This document shows positions 8,934 to 17,723 of a stretch of 64,000 nt of DNA, one piece after another. Made by a program: the position numbers and the translations under genes. The stretch spans positions 13,990-77,989 of the forward strand of contig URVC01000001.1 of NCBI GenBank assembly GCA_900551245.1, read 5' to 3'. The number at the start of each line of letters is the position of its first letter. Positions within the stretch are counted from its first letter, which is position 1. Under the pieces are notes generated by a model. The model ran no database searches and was not told where the DNA came from. It worked only from the letters and a program-made list of their open reading frames with translations. Source of the DNA: an uncultured bacterium (lineage in GTDB: Bacteria > Verrucomicrobiota > Lentisphaeria > Victivallales > Victivallaceae).

Positions 8934-9936
8934 AACAGAAGAAAGTACTGGTCCTCGGCGCCACCGGGGCAATGGGACAATACCTGGTTCCGCTGCTGGC
9001 GGAACAGGGATGTCAGGTCGATGCCTGTGCGCTCGACGCGTTGGAATTCCATCATCCGAACGTGCACATGGTCGTCGGGAATGCCATGGAGTGGGAGGTT
9101 CTCGCGGAACTGCTGAAAAACCGCTATGACGGCATCGTCGATTTCCTGATCTATTCGACGAAGGAGAATGCGCTCCGTCTGCCGCTGCTCGCCTCGCAGA
9201 CCGGCCACTACCTCTATCTTTCGACCTACCGGGTGTACGACAACAAGGAGGTTCCGATCCGGGAGAGTTCCCCGCTGCTGATCGACACCGCCGACGACCG
9301 GCTGCTGCGGCTCTCCGATGACTACAGCATCTACAAGGCGCGCGGTGAAGCGATTCTAAAACTTCAGAAAACCGGAACTGGACGATCGTCCGCCCCGCCA
9401 TCACCTATTCGCGGATGCGTTACCAGCTGGTGACGCTGGAGGCGCCGGATACCGTCGGCCGCGCCTTCGCGGGGAAAACCGCCGTCCTGCCGGAACAGGC
9501 GCGCAACAAGCAGGCGACGATGAGCTGGGCCGGCGATGTGGCGCAAATGATCGCCCGGCTGCTTTTCAACGAAAAGGCGCCGGGGGAAACCTACACCGTC
9601 GCCACCGCTGAACACCACACCTGGAGTGAAATCGCCGATTACTATCGGGATATCTGCAACTTGAAGACGATCTGGGTGGACAAGGCGGTCTTTTCCGACC
9701 TGATCTGCCACAAGCTGTTCCCGGATGTTCCGCCTTACTGGCAGCTCGAATGCGACCGTTTGTTCGACCGGGTGATCGACAACTCCAAAGTTCTGGAAGC
9801 TGCCGGCCTGAAGCAGCAGGAACTGAAACCGCTCTACGACGGCCTCGCCATGGAGATCGCCCGCTGCCCGAAAGATTATCCGTTCCGGGTCAACCATCGG
9901 ATGGACCGCTATCTCGCCGCCCACGGCCTCGTCTGA
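8930..9936 (+). pseudogene. NAD-dependent epimerase/dehydratase family protein disrupted by a 1-nt frameshift near 9376-9378
   Basis: The Rossmann motif 'VLVLGATGAMGQYL' is at the N-terminus. Frame A reads '...AILKLQKTGTGRSSAPP*', while the +2 frame reads 'NWTIVRPAITYSRMRYQLV...' from the same bases. The conserved 'KTG(N)WTIVRP' junction is restored by one extra A in 'ggaactgg'. The ORF-track pieces are 8915..9433 and 9415..9936. Confidence 0.6.
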
Positions 9937-9981
9937 TGCAACAGAGCTTCATAAAAATCAATCACACACAAGGAGAACCAT

Positions 9982-10827
9982 TTGATGAAAAAGAACCGTG
10001 ATTCCCGCTCCAGCGGCGAAATGGAACGAAACCGGGACGATTTTACCCTTATCGAACTCCTCATCGTGATCGCGATCATCGCCATTTTAGCGGCGATGCT
10101 GCTGCCGGCACTGAACCGCGCCCGGAGCACAGCGCGCGACAGCGCCTGCAAAAACAATCTCAAGCAGATCACGTTGACCGAAATCCAGTACAGCGCCGAT
10201 TACCAGAATTACATGGTGGTGTTGATGGAACAGAGCTTCGCTTCCGGAAGCAGCGCAGTTCTGACGTGGGACAGACTCTTCACCAGTCGAAACCCCACCG
10301 CGGGACGCCCCTTCTTCAGCAGAAAACTCTATGCCACGCTTCCCGTCTCCACCTTCATCTGTCCGGAGGCGGAAGACAGTCAACGACAGCTCAATGAAGG
10401 CTCCTTTTCCTACGGCATGCTGGTCCCCAACAAATACCGCGGTCTGGTCATCGGCAACAATGCGACCGATTCCGTGGATAAAAAACGGGTGCAGAACGTC
10501 GGCTCCTTCGTGACCGGCATCGATACGGTAAACGGCCCGATCACCTACTTCACTCCGAAGATGAAACGCCCCTCCGGCGTACCGATTATCGCCGACACGA
10601 TCAACGGATTGTTCGGGACCTCCTCCTATCGGCAGGGCACATGGCTCTTCGACCCCGCCTCTCTATTCACCAACGCCTACGGCGTCTATCTGCGCCACGG
10701 GGAACGGGCGAACTGCGGCTTTGCCGACGGTCATGTGGAGAGCGGCTCGCGGAATGAACTCTATGAACTGCCCTGCCCGATTCAAGGCATGTTCAGCGCC
10801 AATCTCACCCCGCTGACCATGCCCTGA
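9982..10827 (+). CDS. prepilin-type N-terminal cleavage/methylation domain protein with DUF1559 (H-X9-DG) C-terminal region
   Basis: '[32 protein letters not shown]' is the hallmark pilin-like N-terminus of the massively expanded PVC family. The C-terminal '[14 protein letters not shown]' matches the H-X9-DG motif. Confidence 0.8.
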   Translation: MMKKNRDSRSSGEMERNRDDFTLIELLIVIAIIAILAAMLLPALNRARSTARDSACKNNLKQITLTEIQYSADYQNYMVVLMEQSFASGSSAVLTWDRLFTSRNPTAGRPFFSRKLYATLPVSTFICPEAEDSQRQLNEGSFSYGMLVPNKYRGLVIGNNATDSVDKKRVQNVGSFVTGIDTVNGPITYFTPKMKRPSGVPIIADTINGLFGTSSYRQGTWLFDPASLFTNAYGVYLRHGERANCGFADGHVESGSRNELYELPCPIQGMFSANLTPLTMP

Positions 10828-10840
10828 ATCTGCGGCCGGT

Positions 10841-12214
10841 TCAGCCGCGCCGCGGCAGGCAGTGCTTTTCCAGAAAAGCCACGATCGGCGCCGGATTTTC
10901 CAGCGAGTGCGGATGATGCCCCACACCCGGCTTGTGGATCATCTCCACCTCGCCGCCGAGCGCCCGGTAACGCGGCTCCACGATCAGCGCATTTTCTTCC
11001 GGCGGAACGGTTTCATCCGCGTCGGAACAGACGATCAGAAGCGGAATTTTCGCATTTGCCAGCGGCGCAAGATTGTCCACCGGGTTGCCTTTCCAGGCCA
11101 GCGCCTCGGCCTCGGTGAACCCGTAAGCGGCAAGACAGCGCTTCCACTCCTCCGACGCGCGGCGATACGGCCAGCTCTTAAAGTCACAGACCGGGTTGTC
11201 CAGATAGAGGCAGGCGACCTTGTCCGTATTTTTCGCCGCCCAGTTCACGGTGTCCAGCCCGCCGCGGCTGAAGCCGGCCAGCGCACAACGCGGTGCAAAT
11301 CCCAGCTTCGTTAAAAATGCGTAGAGCAGATCGAACCGGCGGTTCGACTCCGGCGAGCCGTACAGTTCCTCCACTCGGATGTGTGCGATATGCCAGCCGC
11401 GCCGCAGAAGCTCAAGATCCGCATAGGGGAAAGCACCGAAAAAACGGGCCCGCCAGAGCCACGGTTTTCCCGGCGCCGGGGCGCAGTTCGGCTTCACGAG
11501 GATGCACCGCTCTCCGTTCAGAGTGAAGTCGTATCGCGCAAATCCGTTCCAGTCTGAAACTTTGCCGGGGAAATCGGTTTCGAATGCCCCATCCAGATTC
11601 AGCATGAGATTCCGCCGCGCCAGCATGCCCCGGAGATAGTCCGCCACCAGATCCGCCTGGCGTTCGATCCCCGTCTCCTGATAGTGATATCCATCCGCAA
11701 GGCGGTATTCCGGATGGTTCAGCATCGCCGAGTAGAGGTCGAGCGTCGGGATGTTTCGTTCCGCCATGACCTCTGCCGCGATGGCATTCCGGCGCAGTAC
11801 GATGGCGTTCTTCACCGGTTCCAGTTCCGCCGGAGAATCCGGCACCGTGAGCGGAGTGGAATTCCGCCAGGCAAGCATCGCCCGGGTGCTGTGGCGCAGG
11901 GTGTCGGCAAACGCCTCCAGCCCGGCGCGGTAGCACTCATCCGGGCAGTCGATGCCGTGCAACCCGTTGTTGAACAAAATGACGTCGATCGGTTCATCCG
12001 CCAGCGCGAGCGCAAGTTCGCGATAAATCGCCGGATCCCCCACAATCTTCGAAGTGGAGTAAAATCCGACGGTCGCCTCCCCCTGCAGACGCCGGGCGAC
12101 CGCCTGCCCGTGGCCGACGACAATCGAGTCGCCGATGAGCAGAATCCGCGGCAGATGGCGTTCCGGCGTGTCAAACCAGTAGAACTGACACCATTCGACC
12201 TTTTCCCGTTTCAT
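10841..12214 (-). CDS. two-domain esterase: N-terminal SGNH/GDSL hydrolase fused to C-terminal alpha/beta-hydrolase (dienelactone-hydrolase-like)
   Basis: 'ILLIGDSIVVGHGQ' is GDSL block I. The C-terminal half 'CALAGFSRGGLDTVNWAAKN...PLLIVCSDADETVP...GHHPH' has a nucleophile elbow and an acid/His arrangement typical of alpha/beta hydrolases. Confidence 0.6.
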   Translation of the reverse strand: MKREKVEWCQFYWFDTPERHLPRILLIGDSIVVGHGQAVARRLQGEATVGFYSTSKIVGDPAIYRELALALADEPIDVILFNNGLHGIDCPDECYRAGLEAFADTLRHSTRAMLAWRNSTPLTVPDSPAELEPVKNAIVLRRNAIAAEVMAERNIPTLDLYSAMLNHPEYRLADGYHYQETGIERQADLVADYLRGMLARRNLMLNLDGAFETDFPGKVSDWNGFARYDFTLNGERCILVKPNCAPAPGKPWLWRARFFGAFPYADLELLRRGWHIAHIRVEELYGSPESNRRFDLLYAFLTKLGFAPRCALAGFSRGGLDTVNWAAKNTDKVACLYLDNPVCDFKSWPYRRASEEWKRCLAAYGFTEAEALAWKGNPVDNLAPLANAKIPLLIVCSDADETVPPEENALIVEPRYRALGGEVEMIHKPGVGHHPHSLENPAPIVAFLEKHCLPRRG

Positions 12215-12294
12215 TCGATATCCTCCCGGATGTTGTATATTTTTCGGAGTAAAAACAATACTCTCATCTGTTTTCCCAACCGCAGATCACGGCA

Positions 12295-14151
12295 TCAGGA
12301 GCAGAACCAGCCCAGCCGGAGCAGCAGAGCCGCCGCCGGAGCCGACGCCGGGACGCCGGGCAGCAGCACCCCAAGCAGCTCGAACAGCAGCGCCCCCGCC
12401 AGAAGCCCCGCCCCACACCAGAAAACCGACGCCGTCTGCGTCAGCCGGGATTCCGCCTGTCCGGCCAGCCGGCTGCGCACCATGCCGGCCGCCAGCGCCG
12501 CACAGACGGCAATCAGCAGATAGCCCGGCTCGAACAGAAGAAACCGCCACGGCAGCAACAGAGAAAACGGCAACAGCGCCGCCAGCACCACAAACCAGCG
12601 TTCCACCCGGAGCCGCAGAATGGAGTCGCACCACATCAGGCCGCCTGTCGCCACAAGCAGTACCGCCGGAATTCCGGTGAACAGCTCCCGGCGGTCAAAT
12701 CCCTGCCAGGCCGCCAGCAGAACGAGAGCGAATCCGGCGGCATTTTCCGTCAGCAGCACCCGGGCCCGCCAGGAACCGCTGCGGCAGCACAGCGGCCGCA
12801 GCAGCAGCCAGAGCACCGGAATGCCCCAGAGAAGCACACGGGGCAGTTCCGGCACAGGAAGCCGGAAGCCGGAAGCCGACACCGTGCCGACGCCTCCGCC
12901 GATTGGACCGGCCGAAACCGGTCGCTCTTCCGCCGCCGCGTAGAGGGCGGCAAAGATTCCCGCCGGCATGAAAAGATTGCCCTCACTGAACGCGCGCTGA
13001 TGCCCCTGCAGCCGACTGTCCAGCACGCCGAGGTCGGCGGTCAGGGCGGCGTCGCGGGAGACGGCGAGGAAGCGCCCTCCGCCGCCCGGCAGTTCCGCCG
13101 TATGCAGTCCGTCCGGGAGAATTCCCCGGAATGCGACGGGGAGCACCAGCACGCCGCGTTTCGGCTCGGTGCGCTCCAGTGCCAGCATGACAAACTCCTG
13201 CAGTGCCGCAGGAGAGACCGGCGGCAGATTCTCCAGATAGACCAGATCGTACCGGCGGGTCAGTTCCGGCAGAATCCGCCCCGGTCTCCCCTCGTAGGAG
13301 TTCACCTTGAGCGAGGCTTCGCCAAAACGGGCGGCCGCCCGCGGCCAGATGCAGTCGACACTCGCCACGTAAGGAAGCGCCGCCCAGACCGCAGGCAGGG
13401 GCGAATGCAGATCCGAGACGAAGAGAAAATGCATCCCCTCCTTTGCCGCCGGCATCAGCGACGCGGGCAGCGCCGGAGCGATGGAGACATCCTTGAGGTT
13501 GCGCGGCGCGCTGCGCAGGGTCCAGCCGCTGTAAATCGGAGCGGCCAGCGCAACGGCAATCGGCAGAGCGGCAACCGGCAGAATCCGCCAGACCCGATGC
13601 AGCGGCAGATTCCAGAGAAACGCCGCCAGAAACACCGGCAGCAGAACCAGCCCCGGCACACAGTTGCCATGAAAGAAAAGGATATCGGCCGCCAGTCCGA
13701 GCAGAAACCCGATGCCGCACGCCGCCCGGCAGAGTGTTCCGCAGGAGCCGGCGGGGAGAGTGCAGAAGAATCCACCGGCCGCCGCTCCGGCCGCCGCGCT
13801 CCGCCAGGGAGCCCCCGGCTCGATCAGCAACAGAATTTCCAGCAGAAACACGCTGAGCACCGGCAGGAAGCGACCGGGAATCATCCGTATTAGCCATGCA
13901 CCGGCCGCGAGACCGCCGCCCCACAGCGCGGGCACCGGCCAGAGGGAAAGATTCCAGCCCGAAGAGAGCGAAGCGACCGTCAGAGAATAGGCCTCCGACG
14001 CTCCGAAGAAGGCGCCGCCGGACAACGCGGTGAACCAGAGGCTTTTCCGGCAAATCGATGCGCTGTTTTCGCCCGACGGATCCAATTGTAACTGCCCCCT
14101 TCTGTAAAACCGTATTGAAATATATCTCTGAATCTGCAAAAAATCCACCAT
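12295..14151 (-). CDS. polytopic membrane protein with a central spermidine-synthase-like (SAM-MTase fold remnant) domain; function unknown
   Basis: There are at least 10 predicted hydrophobic helices at both ends. The central segment 'DLVYLENLPPVSPAALQEFVMLALERTEPKRGVLVL' resembles the C-terminal half of SpeE-type aminopropyltransferases, but the GGGDG motif is absent. Confidence 0.4.
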   Translation of the reverse strand: MVDFLQIQRYISIRFYRRGQLQLDPSGENSASICRKSLWFTALSGGAFFGASEAYSLTVASLSSGWNLSLWPVPALWGGGLAAGAWLIRMIPGRFLPVLSVFLLEILLLIEPGAPWRSAAAGAAAGGFFCTLPAGSCGTLCRAACGIGFLLGLAADILFFHGNCVPGLVLLPVFLAAFLWNLPLHRVWRILPVAALPIAVALAAPIYSGWTLRSAPRNLKDVSIAPALPASLMPAAKEGMHFLFVSDLHSPLPAVWAALPYVASVDCIWPRAAARFGEASLKVNSYEGRPGRILPELTRRYDLVYLENLPPVSPAALQEFVMLALERTEPKRGVLVLPVAFRGILPDGLHTAELPGGGGRFLAVSRDAALTADLGVLDSRLQGHQRAFSEGNLFMPAGIFAALYAAAEERPVSAGPIGGGVGTVSASGFRLPVPELPRVLLWGIPVLWLLLRPLCCRSGSWRARVLLTENAAGFALVLLAAWQGFDRRELFTGIPAVLLVATGGLMWCDSILRLRVERWFVVLAALLPFSLLLPWRFLLFEPGYLLIAVCAALAAGMVRSRLAGQAESRLTQTASVFWCGAGLLAGALLFELLGVLLPGVPASAPAAALLLRLGWFCS

Positions 14152-14222
14152 TTCCGGTTGCTATTTTGGCGTAACGTGGTTATTTTACTGCGGAATATCA
14201 TGAAACAGAGGAGACGCTTCCC

Positions 14223-15509
14223 ATGAAAGCTGAAGATTTCCGGATTTCAAAACTCGGCAAAGCGACAATCGCCTCGCCGATCCGTCAGATTGAATTTATT
14301 TCCGATGAAGCCTCGGTGGCCTACGATTCGGATCCGCACCTTCTCGCCCAGTACCTCCGGCGCGGCGTGGAGATTCCGGCATTCGAACAGGCGGGGCCCC
14401 GGGCGAAAATCTATCACGACCCGGCATGGACCAAAGCGGCCATCCTCACTGCCGGCGGCCTCTGCCCCGGCCTCAACGACGTCATCAAATTTCTCACCCG
14501 CACGCTGCGCATTCAATACGGCGTGCCGCTGGTCTATGGCATCCGCTACGGCTATCGCGGCCTCAACCCCGATCACAAACTTCAGCCGATTCTGCTCGAC
14601 GACGCCAACACCGATGACATTCACGAATCCGGCGGAACCATCCTCGGCAGCTCCCGCGGCGCGGAAGATCCCGTCGTGATGGTCGATACGCTCGCCAGAA
14701 TGAACATCAACGTTCTCTTCTGCATCGGCGGAGACGGCACGGCGCGCGGCGCCCACGATATCGCGCAGGAAGCGGCGCGGCGCGGTCTCTCCATCAGCGT
14801 CATCGCCATCCCCAAGACGATCGACAACGACATCGCCTTCATCGACAAATCCTTCGGATTCGAGACCGCGGTCTACATGGCCGGGATGTTCGCCACCGGC
14901 GCCCACAGCGAAGCCAAGGGAGCTTACAACGGAATCGGCCTTATCAAGGTGATGGGGCGTGATTCCGGCTTCATCGCCGCCTACGCGACGCTGGCCAACT
15001 CCTACGTCAACTACTGCCTCGTCCCCGAAGAGAAGTTCACTCTCGATGACGACGGGCCGCACGCACTGCTGCCGCACCTGGCCGCACGCATGGAAGAGAA
15101 GCATCACGCGGTCATCATGGTGGCGGAAGGCGCCGGCCAGGAGCTCTTCGAAAACGCCGCCGCTCAGCGCGACGCCTCCGGTAACCTGCTCAACAAGGAC
15201 ATCGGGCTGCTGCTCAAGGAGAAGATCAACGACTACTTCAAAGCGAGATCGCTCGAGGTGAACGTCAAATATTTCGATCTGGCCTACACCATCCGCAGTG
15301 TGCCCGCCCACGGTGCGGATGCGGTTTTCTGCGCAATGCTCGCGCAGAACGCGGTGCACGCGGCAATGGCGGGGCGCACGGATATGGTGATCGGGCACTG
15401 GGGAACCCATTTCACGCATGTGCCGATTGCACTGGCAACCCGTGAACGCAAGAAGATCAAACTTGACAGTCCGCTCTGGACCAGTGTCAAGGCAACCACA
15501 ATATTCTGA
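14223..15509 (+). CDS. pfk: 6-phosphofructokinase (long-form; ATP- versus PPi-dependence not decidable by eye)
   Basis: 'GGLCPGLNDVI', 'GGDGTARGAHDIA' and 'PKTIDNDIAFID' are PFK-A family signatures. An AGGAG RBS lies upstream. Confidence 0.85.
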   Translation: MKAEDFRISKLGKATIASPIRQIEFISDEASVAYDSDPHLLAQYLRRGVEIPAFEQAGPRAKIYHDPAWTKAAILTAGGLCPGLNDVIKFLTRTLRIQYGVPLVYGIRYGYRGLNPDHKLQPILLDDANTDDIHESGGTILGSSRGAEDPVVMVDTLARMNINVLFCIGGDGTARGAHDIAQEAARRGLSISVIAIPKTIDNDIAFIDKSFGFETAVYMAGMFATGAHSEAKGAYNGIGLIKVMGRDSGFIAAYATLANSYVNYCLVPEEKFTLDDDGPHALLPHLAARMEEKHHAVIMVAEGAGQELFENAAAQRDASGNLLNKDIGLLLKEKINDYFKARSLEVNVKYFDLAYTIRSVPAHGADAVFCAMLAQNAVHAAMAGRTDMVIGHWGTHFTHVPIALATRERKKIKLDSPLWTSVKATTIF

Positions 15510-15534
15510 AGCTATTACACGAAAGGCGAATCCC

Positions 15535-16602
15535 ATGATCGACCAGCTCAGAAAAATCGCCGAAAGCATCGACCAGCTTCTGGCGGAAGATGAATTCCCA
15601 TTCTCCATCCGTCCGGACTACCTGGCGGAGGCGGTTCACGCCTACCCGGTCCGCGGCGGCAAACGGTTGCGCCCTGCCCTGCTGATCTGGAGCTGCGGCC
15701 TGCTGGGCGGCGATGAGGCAAAAGCGCTCTATCCGGCCGCCGCCGTCGAGGTCTATCACAACTGGACCCTTGTCCACGACGACATCATCGACCGGGACGA
15801 CACCCGGCGCGGCATGCCGACCGCCCATGTGCAGCTTGCGACGGAACTGCAGAAGCGTTTCCAGCTCTCCCCGGAACAGGCGGCCCGCGCCGGAGAGGAT
15901 TTTGCGATTCTTGCCGGCGACCTTCAGCAGGGATGGGCAAACGATCTGCTTCTGCGCTCGACGGAACACGGGGTCCCCGCGGAGGTGGCGGTGGCGTTGT
16001 CGCGCAACCTCCAGAAACTCGCCAATCGTGAACTTATCAGCGGCGAAGCTCTCGATGTGGAGTTCTCTTTGCGGGAACTTGCGGAACTTCACCCCGATTC
16101 GCTCCGGCGCATGCTCTCCGGCAAAACCAGCGCCCTGCTGGAATTCTGCACCGAATCCGGCGGAATGCTCGCCCTGGAGGAGTGCAATCCGGCTCGCGAG
16201 GAGATCGTCCGGCTGGGGGAATTCGCTCACGCCGCCGGAATCGCCTTCCAGCTGCGCGACGACTACCTGGGGATTTTCGGCGATTTTCAGTCGCTCGGCA
16301 AACCGCTCGGCAACGATCTGCGCGAGGGGAAAGCGACCATCCTCCTGCTGGAGACGATGCGCATGGCGAACTCCGCGGACCGGGAGGAGCTGCAGAGCCT
16401 CATCGGGCTTCCGGAATACTCCACGGAAACGTTGAACCGGGTCCGCCGGATCATGCGTGATTCCGGAGCCGCCGCGGCGACCACGGCAGAGGCCGCGCAG
16501 CTGGCGGAACAGGCGAGAAACATCCTGCGCGGATTCCCGGACAACGCCTGCCGGCAGAACATGCTGGATCTCATCAACTTTCTGATCAACCGCGAGCGTT
16601 AG
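15535..16602 (+). CDS. polyprenyl diphosphate synthase (trans-isoprenyl diphosphate synthase family)
   Basis: First Asp-rich motif 'LVHDDIIDRDDTRRG' and second 'FQLRDDYLGIFGD'. The start at 15535 follows GAAAGG. Confidence 0.8.
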   Translation: MIDQLRKIAESIDQLLAEDEFPFSIRPDYLAEAVHAYPVRGGKRLRPALLIWSCGLLGGDEAKALYPAAAVEVYHNWTLVHDDIIDRDDTRRGMPTAHVQLATELQKRFQLSPEQAARAGEDFAILAGDLQQGWANDLLLRSTEHGVPAEVAVALSRNLQKLANRELISGEALDVEFSLRELAELHPDSLRRMLSGKTSALLEFCTESGGMLALEECNPAREEIVRLGEFAHAAGIAFQLRDDYLGIFGDFQSLGKPLGNDLREGKATILLLETMRMANSADREELQSLIGLPEYSTETLNRVRRIMRDSGAAAATTAEAAQLAEQARNILRGFPDNACRQNMLDLINFLINRER

Positions 16603-16610
16603 CCGCGGCA

Positions 16611-16673
16611 GGGACAAATTGTCCCGCCCTGTCCCGCACCGTGTCGAAATGTCACGGCCGGGACTTTTTTTTT
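16611..16673 (+). terminator. rho-independent terminator region after polyprenyl synthase (two hairpins plus T-run)
   Basis: A GGGACAA-A-TTGTCCC inverted repeat directly follows the stop codon. It is followed by a GTCCCG...CGGGAC stem and then TTTTTTTTT. Confidence 0.5.
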
Positions 16674-16699
16674 GCTTTTTTTCTGCCGTGATTTCAAAT

Positions 16700-16715
16700 T
16701 GGCACGCCCCTTGCT
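16700..16715 (+). promoter_or_regulatory. sigma-54 (RpoN) -24/-12 promoter candidate upstream of tandem hsp20 genes
   Basis: TGGCACgccccTTGCT matches the consensus TGGCAC-N5-TTGCW exactly. It lies about 60 nt upstream of the hsp20 ATG at 16775. Confidence 0.45.
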
Positions 16716-16774
16716 ATTCCTGCAGTCGAAGAACCGGTGAAAACCGGAAAAGAGATTTTTCAAGGAGGTAAATT

Positions 16775-17239
16775 ATGAATATGATTGCAAGATGGAATCA
16801 CGGAAACGGCCTGATCCCGGTGACCCTGCGCGGTGTGGATGATATCTTCCGTGCGGTGCTGGACCGGATGAGCACCGATTTCAGTCCGGAGCTCATGTTT
16901 GACAACGGCAATTCGCCGCGGCTGGAGATGGAGGTCGGCAAGGATGCCGTCACCGCCAAACTCCCGATCGCCGGTTGCCGTCCGGAGGATATTGATATCG
17001 AAGTTGTCGGCGACAATCTGACCATCCGCGCGACGCGGCAGATGGAAGAGCCGAAGGATGAGAAGGCGCACTATCTCCGGCGCGAACGCTCCTATGAAGA
17101 GTATGAAGAGAGCGTCAAACTCCCGGTGCGCGTCAAAGGCGGCGAAACCAAAGCGGAGTATGTCGACGGTGTTCTGACCGTCACGCTGCCCCGTGAAGAG
17201 GAAGCCCAGCCCCGCACCCATGTGGTCAAAGTACATTAA
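16775..17239 (+). CDS. Hsp20/alpha-crystallin family small heat-shock protein
   Basis: An alpha-crystallin domain: 'MEVGKDAVTAKLPIAGCRPEDIDIEVVGDNLTIRA...YVDGVLTVTLPR'. An AGGAGG RBS lies upstream. Confidence 0.85.
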   Translation: MNMIARWNHGNGLIPVTLRGVDDIFRAVLDRMSTDFSPELMFDNGNSPRLEMEVGKDAVTAKLPIAGCRPEDIDIEVVGDNLTIRATRQMEEPKDEKAHYLRRERSYEEYEESVKLPVRVKGGETKAEYVDGVLTVTLPREEEAQPRTHVVKVH

Positions 17240-17269
17240 TGCAACAACGATAGAACAGGAGGCAACAAT

Positions 17270-17617
17270 ATGAGTGACGATGTCATGAAAGTTACGGACG
17301 GCGAACTTCACGAGGAAACTCTGGAGATCATGCCGCTGGTGGATATTCTCGACGGCAGCGACGGTGTGACGATGTGGTTTGAAGTGCCCGGCGCCAATTC
17401 CAAGAGCGTCAACATCGAAGTGAAAGAGGGCGTGATGACCATGACCGCGGACAGCTCCCTGCGCCGCGACGGCAAGAAGCTGGTGTTCAAACGTGTGTTC
17501 CAGCTCGCCGACAGTGTCGATGTCGAGAAGATCACCGCCAAGACCCAGGACGGCGTTCTGACGCTGAATATTCCGAAGTCGGAGAGTGCCCGGGTCCACA
17601 AGATCAAGGTCAGCTGA
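17270..17617 (+). CDS. Hsp20 family small heat-shock protein (short paralogue)
   Basis: 'VTMWFEVPGANSKSVNIEVKEGVMTMTA...DGVLTLNIPKSE'. A CAGGAGG RBS lies upstream. Confidence 0.8.
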   Translation: MSDDVMKVTDGELHEETLEIMPLVDILDGSDGVTMWFEVPGANSKSVNIEVKEGVMTMTADSSLRRDGKKLVFKRVFQLADSVDVEKITAKTQDGVLTLNIPKSESARVHKIKVS

Positions 17618-17645
17618 TACAGAACAGTATCTCATTCTCCACAAA

Positions 17646-17684
17646 GGGGCCGCTGCAAAGAACCTGCAGCGCCCCCTTTTTTCT
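17646..17684 (+). terminator. rho-independent terminator between convergent hsp20 and secreted-protein genes
   Basis: Stem GGGGCCGCTGCA/TGCAGCGCCCCC followed by TTTTTT. Confidence 0.5.
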
Positions 17685-17723
17685 TTCTCCGCGCGCAATC
17701 GCCGGAGAAGAGCAGATCAACAG

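Noticed and set aside
9415-9936. Stand-alone 173-aa ORF
   Set aside because: It is the C-terminal half of the frameshifted NAD-dependent epimerase and not an independent gene. Its frame stays open upstream to the frameshift site.
16611-16625. Recurrence of the GGACAA...TTGTCC inverted-repeat motif at both 16611-16625 and 63569-63588
   Set aside because: The spacing differs (1 nt versus 8 nt between the half-sites) and the contexts differ (terminator versus divergent promoter). It is most likely coincidental.
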